Shown here: in pieces, positions 54,757 through 64,000 of the stretch
Layout: every line of letters begins with the position of its first letter
Position numbering within the stretch: the first letter of the stretch is position 1
Assembly (NCBI GenBank): GCA_000165425.1
Contig: CT868020.1
Location: 62,001-126,000, forward strand
Source of the DNA: Paramecium tetraurelia
Lineage: Eukaryota
Direction: 5' to 3'
DNA length: 64,000 nucleotides
Notes under the pieces: generated by a model
The model's input: the letters and a program-made list of their open reading frames with translations, nothing else
What the model was told of the DNA's origin: nothing
Databases searched by the model: none
Program-made: the position numbers and the translations under genes

Positions 54757-57700
54757 ATGGATCCTATAAGCCTATTACCTAAAGCAGAGAGTGCAGTAGT
54801 CGTAGATAGTGAAATAGAGGGGACTACAAAAATAACGAATATAGAACCAATAAGATTATAAAAGAGGAGAATCGTACTCGGCGTGTTTCTTTCCGTCATC
54901 ACAAGCTTTTTGTTTACTTTAGCTTGTAGTTGGTCAAAGAAACTTGTTAGAAAGTTCTTCTTTAAAGAATCATAATTAGAGAAGGCTACCCATATGTGGA
55001 TCACAAATAATGATAATTCAAATAACATCTCAAAGTTAGTAAAGAAGCAAAATTAAGTTTATTTCATCAATAGAAAACTAAAGTACATCTATGATAGCGC
55101 AATGAATACATTTAAAGCTCTAGAATATGATTTGAAGACCAAAAGAGAATTGCTAAAATCGAGAGGAGTGTTATGTAAGCCTAAGATTAATCACCATAGA
55201 ACCGAAGTATTTCCAAGAAGAGTTCGGGAAATGCATAATTGATATCCCCAAGCCCAATTTGTTTGTATATTTGTTGAAGGAATTGACTGCCCCATTCTAT
55301 ATATTATAGTACCTATCATGTTTTCTTTGGGTATTAGAAGGTAATAATTAACTAAGTTTAAATAGACTTGGCTATATTGTCTATTATCATGATATCGGTT
55401 TCATTGATATTCACAACAATAAACTTTTTGCTTCTTCAGAATTCAGCCAAAAAATTGAGAGATATGGCAAAGAGTTTGGCATAGGTTCAAGTATACAGAG
55501 GAGAGGACACCTTTAATTAACAGGGAATTCAATTTAGAAAGATTGATAGTCAAGATTTAGTCCCAGGAGATGTGATTGCAATTGAAAACAAAATGACGTT
55601 GCCTTGTGATTGCGTATTGGTTTCTGGAGATTTATTGATGAACGAAGCCTCATTGACAGGGGAATCAATACCTATCCCAAAGATTCCAATCGAAGATTAG
55701 GATCAACCAGTTTCATTCATGACTGACAGGAGACATTGTTTATATGAAGGCACAAAAGTCTTACTTGCAAGACCTGCTTATTAATACGTTATAGCAATTG
55801 TTGGAAGAACAGGATTTAGCTCGTTTAAGGGGTAGATTTTTAGAAGTGTTTTGTATCCAAAAGTGTAGCCTTTTCCATTTTATAGTTAAGGAATAAAATA
55901 TTTAATTTGCTTGGCCATTTATGTTTTGATTGTGTATTTTGCATTGCTACCAAGATTGATTTCTGTTGGATTCAGTTTCATGATAATATTCTTAAGATTT
56001 TGGGATGCTTTGACTTGGATAGTGCCTCCAGCTTTGCCAATTTTTGTTTCTATGTGCTAGACGTATTCTTTGGTTAGATTAAGATAGAAAGGCATTTTTG
56101 GAATTGACCCAAACAAATCACTGGTTGCTGGTAAGATCAATACAGTTTGTTTTGATAAGACAGGAACATTGACAACAATTGGAATTGATATGTTTGGATA
56201 TCAAATGAGAAACTAGACCAAATTTGGGAAGTTCATTCAAAAAAATCAAGTGAATTTTAAGAATAGTTTAGAGTTTAAGTTATTTGCTACTTGTCATGGA
56301 ACATATGAGATAGAAGGTGATTTAATGGGTGATAGTCTTGATGTAGAATTATTTAAGTTTACAGAGTTTAAAATTGAGAAAAACCCTCCTCAAAATATAA
56401 AATCCAGAGTTTCAAATAGAGAAGGAATTGTTTTGGATGTGCTTAAACTTTATGAGTTTGAATCTGCTTTATAAAGGATGAGTGTAATAGTAAAAGATAA
56501 AGATGATTATTACATATTTGTGAAAGGATCTCCTGAAAAGATGGCAGAACTATCTAATTAGAATACCATACCTGTGGATTTTAAGAAGAACCTTAATTTA
56601 TTGACGATGAAAGGACTCAGAATATTAGGATTTGGATACAGAAAAATAACTCAGGAAGAAAGCGAAAGGTTAATGAATGCCAGTAGATAAGAATGCGAAT
56701 AGGATATTCAATTTCTTGGATTATTGGCTATGGAAAACAAATTAAAACATGATACTTCATAGGTTATTAATTTATTAAACAATGCAAGTGTCGATCTTAA
56801 AATCATCTCAGGAGATAATCCTTTGACTACTGTATAATGTGCTCGAGAATGTGGAATAATACCCCGTGATAAACCAGTATTATTATTAGATTACAATGAA
56901 AAAGAAGTATTTATATTATTTATTAAATCAGTAATAATTGTCCTTAGATGAAATTAGCGTTTTTGATGATAACCTTAATGCCAATCAATAAAAATAAAAC
57001 AGTGAAATTGAAATACTCGTAGAGGATGTAGAAGATCTAAATGAATAAATTGTAGATCATCAACAAATTATGAATAAATTGATTCATCATTTATTGACTG
57101 CTTAAAATATCAAAAGATCTATTATCTCTGAAAATGATAGTCTTAATGCAAGTCACTGTTTTGCAATGAGTGGAAAAGCATTTGATTACTTTTGGGGTCA
57201 ATTACCTCATGATGATATCAAAAAGTAAACCAAATAATCCTTTGCAGGATTTGAGGAGCCACTAGATAATGTCGAATAGATTAAAATATAGGGGTTAACC
57301 GAAGAAGAACTTCATATTAAATTGTTTGCATCAATCTGTTTAAATGCAAGAGTTTTTGCAAGAATGAGACCAGAACAAAAGTCTATGGTGATAGAAAAGC
57401 TTTAAGATCTAAAAAAAATGGTTTTGATGATAGGAGATGGAGCTAATGATTGTGCAGCTATCAAATAAGCAAATGTTGGAGTCTCGTTTGCCTAAAGCGA
57501 TGCTGCCTATTCAGCTCCTTATTCTAGTGCAGATGACAGCATTGATTGTGTTAGATAGGTACTTTTAGATGGAAGATGCGCACTTTAGAATGCTTTAGAA
57601 GTGTTTTAGTTTTATGTTGGAGCCAGTGTTATAAAATACATAGCAGCTATGATAACTATGGCTTTTGGATAAAATTTTGGAGACTTACAATATATTGTTA

Positions 57701-58308
57701 TTAATTATGTGGGTTCCTTGCCTTATCTCAAATCGATCTCACTTTCCAAGCCCTCAATCACCTTAACTAAAGATCTTCCAAACGAAAGTATGATGGCTCT
57801 TTCAAATGTGGCTGTTTTAAGTTTCTAAATTTTAGTAGCCTCCCTTGGTTTGGTCATTAATTTTCTGTATTGGAATAGTTTAGATTGGGAGAATGAACCT
57901 GGAGTTTATGATGGGAAATTTTCAAAAGAAGGAACTCTGCAAACAACTCAATTCAAAAGTTTGTAAATCTATTTCATCATGGCTGTGATTGCTATTTACA
58001 CTTCTAAACCATTCAAGTAAAAGATCTATGCCCACAAAATTATGATATTCTTTATAAGCATAAGTTTATGTTTTACTTTATGGATCTTCTTCACTTTTTA
58101 AGGATGGCAATATACTGTATTAAAACTCTATGACACAAATGAATAACATGGTAGATCTTATAATTTTATGCAATTTATTTTGACAATAATAGTAGGATTG
58201 GTCATGTTATTAGGTGATGAATATTTCATTAGAAAAGTATTTCCTACAAATCAAAAGAAAACAAAAAAATCTAGAGTTAAGCCAAGTATGTCAAATCATA
58301 ATTTTTGA
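54757..58308 (+). CDS. P5B-type ATPase (ATP13A-like)
   Basis: LVPGD, LTGES, PPALP (P5B signature), CFDKTGTLT, KGSPE, SGDNPLT, FARMRPEQK, GDGANDC; several introns. Confidence 0.95.
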
Positions 58309-58334
58309 AAATATTAATAAATAAAGAACAGAAT

Positions 58335-59851
58335 TCATTTTTTAGTTAAATCATCAATCTTATTACGCAATTTTACATTTTACATAGTTAAATCTTTTAT
58401 CATCTTCTAAGTTTCAACATCCTTAGTCAGTGTCTTAAAGAATTCATCCCTCTCTCTCTTTAAAGCCTTTATCTCCTCCTCCAACTTCTTTACTCTTTCA
58501 TCTGTTTGACCTGGCTTTGCCTGCACTTTTTCCTGTTATTATTATTATTGCGGCAATTCCTATTTACCTCTATTGACTTTCTAAAATCATATGAATTCTA
58601 TACCTCTGCTATTAATTCTTTGATCATCTATTCATTGCGACTAATTTCTTCTTTACAATACTTTAACTCCTATCTTAATTTTCTAGTCTCCTCATCATCT
58701 GCTGGCTTATATACTATTTTAGTTTCTTATTAAGGCTAATTTTTCTTCAATTTTTCTAATTCTGTTTTCAATGCAAATATGTACTTGTCATCATTTTCGC
58801 TCTTCTCCAATAAAATCTAAAATATGATCGCAATAACAAATACCTTTTTATTTTTCTCATACTCTACTTTGACATCTTTTATCTGATCCTCCAATATTTA
58901 TCTCCTACTTGATACTGCTTTTATCTTCTATTATAAATTCTCATTCTCCTATTTAACTGCATCATATTGAGATTTCAATAATTCATATTGCTATTTTTCA
59001 TTGTTATTCCTGGCTTCCTATTTAGATTACTTAGACATCTAAGAAACATCAGAATATTAAGAAGATGAACCTAACTTCGCATTCAAATCTTTCACTTTTG
59101 ATTTCAAGATTTCAATCTATTATGCTCTGCCTTTCCATCCGTTTTCATCCATCAACACTTAATCCAAGTTTACATTCTCTCCTATTTCTCTTTGTATTAT
59201 CCTCATTGCTTTATTTAATTCTGTTTTAACTTATTATAACTTTACACGCTACTCTTACACTTTCTTGTCTGCATCTTTGAACTTACTCTTAAAATCATCT
59301 GCTATTCCAATGTCGTCCTTCTATGATTCCTATCCTTTCAATGCTTTTGCCAGTGGATCTGGTTTAGGAATCGGAGCCTTTGGAATACTTTTATCCAAAG
59401 CCTTTATTCCTTCATCAGTTTCTTTTAATGCCTTGTTTACTTGTTCCTCAAGTTTCTTTCTTGATTGTTTTTCCTTCTCATAACTAAGCAACAATTGTCT
59501 ATTCTTCTAGACTAATTCTCTAATTTTTCTATCCTTCAAAGTTTCATTTTTTGAATTTATCACGTCTTCGCATTCCTCTGCCAATGTCTTAGGAGGCTGT
59601 TTCTTATAAAACTATAATTGTTTTTATATGGCTTCTATTTTATTCTATGGTCTATTGCAATATGATCATTAATACTGTATTTACGGCAATTGTTCAACCT
59701 TGCTATTTTAAGAATGGCTTTTGTGCTAATGTTGATCTTCATCCTCGGAAGATGTCTAATTTTGCTTATACCTTTATTCAAACTCATCAATTTGTTAATT
59801 ATTTTGTTCATATTCTTGATCAAATTGATTATCTTCTTCTTAACTACTCAT
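58335..59851 (-). CDS. CCDC13-like coiled-coil (centriolar/ciliary) protein
   Basis: KIIELVQKNRQL and IQREIGENVNLDQVLMDENGWKGRAQQIEILKSKVKDL match the CCDC13 motif; DDKYIFALK. Confidence 0.75.
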
Positions 59852-60912
59852 TTAATATTTAATAAACAAAAGCTAAATATATCACATTATATGATTTCAT
59901 ATGAAATCCACTATTTGAATAGAAAGTAACCTTAGAGAATTTATAAAAATAGCATTATTAATTTACTACAACAATAGAAATTCTTATAAAATAATTATAT
60001 AATTGTGTAAATAATACCCTTTTCTTTATGTATTTTTAGTTTGCAATAAGTATTTTATAGCATAATTCGCATTCAAATTATCGACTATTTTATTAGAAAC
60101 ATCAATTTACAAGGAATTGTAATATAATCTTATAAAGATTCATAACAACGAAACCTATGAGATCCATTAGAATATATATATATAACTAAATGGCATTTCT
60201 TCATAAGATACAATTTAGAGTAGATGATTAAAACAATATTAGATTAGCCAATATCATTACTTTTTGCAAATGATAATTGCATTCTTATTGTATATATTTA
60301 ATATATATGACCATACACTAACATTATTATAGTTAATCTTTATTAGTGATTACTGTGAAGTACTAGAAATAAGATTGCGCTTTGGCAAGATATTTGAATA
60401 CTAACAAAAAGATGATTTATTATTCGAACTAATTTTGTTATCCCAAGTCCGGTATTGAAAAAATATGATTAATTTTTACAATATTGGTATATGGGATGTT
60501 AATCTGGCCTAGCTTGGATTTCTGATGTAGTATGGTAACTAAAATTCAGAGATTTTCTCTAGGCATATTTTTTATCATAATTTAATTAATGAATTATTAT
60601 TAAATAACAAAGTAATTAAATAGCAGGAATTAATAAGTATACAAAATAATAGCTTGAAAAATAATTAAAAGAGAAATTAAAATTAAAGAAGAGTAATTAC
60701 AAGTTGTTTAACGCTAGCGATAGCTCTACATTTATGAAGTGAATGGCATTGATTTTTATATATTATTGATTTATTTCAAATTCTGGATACAATATAATAG
60801 GATAAATTATCTGTTATGGTGTTTCTATATAAGTTTTAAGGAGGTTTCTTGAGAATTGAGTTTCATTATAAAATCGATAAAAACGGTATTGAGAGCAATA
60901 ATAAAATAAAAT

Positions 60913-62180
60913 ATGAGAAGCATAACAGGAGTGATATTGATTCTGTTGTTGAATCAGAACGTTTTGTGCAGTCCAAAAAAGATCAACACAGATTTTTTAA
61001 ATTTATTGAGTTCAAAAACAAATGTATTGAGTTCTTAGGATGCAATTCAATCTGTTTTGATACTTTTGGAAGACTTATAAGGAGCGAATTTAGAAGCCCA
61101 AGATAAGGCAGATTTAACATTTAAGAGATTCGATAATGCTATATTACAGGATATCAATGAGTTTTCAGGAATAGTGAATGTGAATTCAAAGAGTGCAGCT
61201 GCTGCTCAATAGGACTTGGAAGCTGTAGAGTAAGGGTTTATATGATAATTAAGTCTTAAGATTTAACAGACAACAGATTATTTGAATTGGAATAACAAGA
61301 GATACAAGGGAAACGAAGTAAAGTTGGAGAATTTGGCAGAGTATGATAGTAATCCTTAATTATTTAGATAACGTTGTGAGGCTAATGCATTGTTTATTGA
61401 TACATTAAGAGAATATAAGAATGCCCTTTCAGTGTTAGATTGGGTCAAAAGTGATGCACAAAGCAAATAAACAAATTTGGTAGAGAAGAGTCACGTTGGT
61501 GATTATGCAGAGAAGTTGAGCAAATACGCAAATTTATTTGAAGAGTAGGCAGTGCAAGATTTCGTGAAGTTGGGTGATGATGAAAATACATTTTCATAAT
61601 CAAGTAAAGCATTAAATATAAAATTGAAGGGTAAAGAGAAAATGGGGCAGAATTGGTATAGTTGATGACAAAGGATGTAGTAGGTGTGGTAAAATAGTTG
61701 ATAGAGAAATTGAGAGAGACAATAAAGGGATTGGAAGAGTAGGAGATTTAATCAGCTAATGATTTCGCAGATTTCAAGACCAATCTATTGGCTGAACAAG
61801 AGTCTTTGAAATAGGAGTATGATGCTAAGGCTAAGTTCTTAAATTCCTTACAAAATGACAAGGAGTTGGCATCTGACATTTTAATAAAGAAGAAGGAATT
61901 GCAGGAGTAGAGCATGAGAATTTTGAGTCTAACATAAGGTAATGATTTGGAATGAGATGTAGAGGAGTACAATTACAAGAAGAAGTTGTATACTGAAGAG
62001 AAGGCCAAGAGACACGAGGAGAACCAATTGTTGGAGGAATCTCTATTGATATACAGAGAAAGGATAGCAACAGTTAATGAATATCTGAAGAAGAGAGTGA
62101 ATGAATATGTTGGAGATTCTTTGATTGAAGAAAACGTTGTAAGCAAATAGCAATCTGTTTCGTAAAGAAAGGGATAATGA
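60913..62180 (+). CDS. Trichocyst matrix / granule-lattice-type protein
   Basis: Signal peptide, VLILLEDLQ, QRCEANALFI, EIQSANDFADF, coiled coils; 4 introns. Confidence 0.85.
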
Positions 62181-62238
62181 GTAATTTCTATTATTCATCG
62201 AAGACATATTAAATATATAATGTACTGATGCAAATGTG

Positions 62239-62688
62239 TCAATAAAAGAACCCAAGGATTTTACCTCCTATGTGTCTTTATCTTGCTTCTTCGTGGGTGA
62301 GGATGCCAACATTGGTTGTGAGGACTACGCATCCAAATTGTCTGGCTGGAAGAATGTTATTGGCCCATCTTTCGAATTCTCCCAAGGTAACATCATAACG
62401 AGGGGAGATCACTCCGCATTTGTTGATACGACCTGGTTTTAATAGTCTATGCAATTACCTAATAATTCAACAACTATTTTGCCACTTCTGTGATCATCCT
62501 CACGATTTCAAATTCTCCAATATAGCCATGTCTTTGCATCACTTACAAGAATTTCACTACCAATTTTGATGTAGGTCTGATCAACACTTGCTTTCTTCCT
62601 TATCTAAAATCACATTTCGATTCATTATATACCTTTCAGCATTTACGATTGAACGTAAACAATCATTCAAAACATTCATCTTCACCAT
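62239..62688 (-). CDS. RPS15A: 40S ribosomal protein S15a (uS8), with a 2-nt frameshift in this sequence
   Basis: [18 protein letters not shown]...GYIGEFEIV[+2 nt][27 protein letters not shown]...[12 protein letters not shown]; 2 introns. Confidence 0.93.
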
Positions 62689-62740
62689 AGCTTAAAAATC
62701 AAGAAATAAAAGATTATTTTAATTTTTTATTATTAAAACA

Positions 62741-64000
62741 ATGATTCCCGAACATATAATCTAAAAACTCAAACCAAAAAAAGGCCATTATTCAATCGAT
62801 GTTAAGGAATCCTTCATAGATAAACAACGCCGTCTCAGTGAAATTGAACGACAAACTGTTCTTCAAAAAAAACACAAAGAAATGCAACTGTTTAGATAAA
62901 CATTCTCTTCATCCAATTCCAAATTGTCTAAGCCAGGCAAAAGAATTATGATTAAAATTATGGGATGCAGTCAAGCCATTCCATTAGAACTATATTAATA
63001 AACTAACTCCACTCCCATTCCTCCTACACCATTATCTAATATTGCTCGTAAACACTATTAATCGTTATCATTATCCTAATCCTAGCCAAAATTGGAGTCA
63101 GAGGGGAATTACAATACCACTTTAAGAAAGGAACCAGAACTCCAATTGAACACTTAATAAGATACACACAATCAACTTGAATAATAAAATTAAAATATAT
63201 AAACAGAATAAATCGAACCATTAGAACAAATACAAATAACCCCTACTGAAGAAAATAATAATGATCACATATAATGCATGGTTGAATAGCACTTATCGGA
63301 TTATTAAGCTTTTGTTATGCATTTGGCAGGTATACTATTAAAAGATAAAAGATAGGGAAATGTATTTGTGTTTAATGTCCATGTGGAAAATGTAAATGCA
63401 AATACGAGTATTAACCATTTAAACCTAATATCTCATGGAAATCTCATTACAATTAGGAGTACAAGGAATCCCCAATTAAGGATTAAGAACTCAAAATGAA
63501 CTTGAATTCTATTGGTCGATATTAAACTTTAGATTTAAATGAATTTAAAACAACTATGGCATCTGATTATAAATAATGTGATGCCTATCCAAATCATGTG
63601 ATTGAGAAACCTAAATACTAAGCTAATTATGGATCCACTCCAATGACATCATATAATGTATAAAAATATTCTTAATTTAGAAATTCTATATGGATTATGG
63701 GGACTTACACCATGAATAATTTAAACAAAGTCATTATAAGACTGTGATTCCAGAATTAAAGTTTAATTCGTCAACAACGTATGGTAGCGAATTCAAGACA
63801 CCCAAATAAGTAGACACAACTGTAATTGATACATATGTCATTAGAGAGTCAAAAGCCACCTAATGGTAAGCCTTTTCCGACGATTGACTTATTTTTAGGA
63901 TAATCATAAAATAAAACTACTTATGATTTAAAAGTTGTAGAAAAATGTTTCTAATTGAAGAACTATTAAGAGGTAATCAAATCAATGTTACAGTAGCCAA
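62741..64000 (+). CDS. Hypothetical protein (3' partial)
   Basis: MIPEHIIQKLKPKKGHYSID... open code-6 frame with one intron, running off the window. Confidence 0.7.

Noticed and set aside
60350..60420. LEIRLRFGKI resembling an RNA triphosphatase/CYTH motif
   Set aside because: An isolated short match in degraded AT-rich DNA with no supporting motifs.

Overview
AT-rich, gene-dense ciliate macronuclear DNA, almost certainly Paramecium (aurelia-type). TAA/TAG encode Gln, TGA is the only stop, and genes carry many 20-30 nt GT..AG introns, so the supplied standard-code ORF track fragments nearly every gene. I re-read both strands by hand with code 6 and found about 35 genes. They include RPL8, RPS13, RPS15A (with a 2-nt frameshift), a cyclin, a copine, a divergent myosin, a Kv-beta-type aldo-keto reductase, a mitochondrial dicarboxylate/2-oxoglutarate carrier, a P5B-ATPase, a CCDC13-like protein, an epiplasmin, three trichocyst matrix proteins, two membrane proteins with degenerate histidine-kinase-like tails and a large glycine-rich membrane protein resembling the plant At5g11700 family. 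Several decaying pseudogenes lie between them, including a RhoGEF and a TMEM185-like gene with an apparent 469-bp internal inversion. I saw no tRNA, rRNA, transposon, CRISPR array or telomere, and no unmistakable new multi-gene system. The best leads are the microhomology-bounded inversion, kb-scale G/C strand-skew domains visible in introns, the catalytically degenerate signalling, motor and reader proteins, and the RPS15A frameshift. Coordinates are manual, and family names come from recognised motifs, not from database searches.
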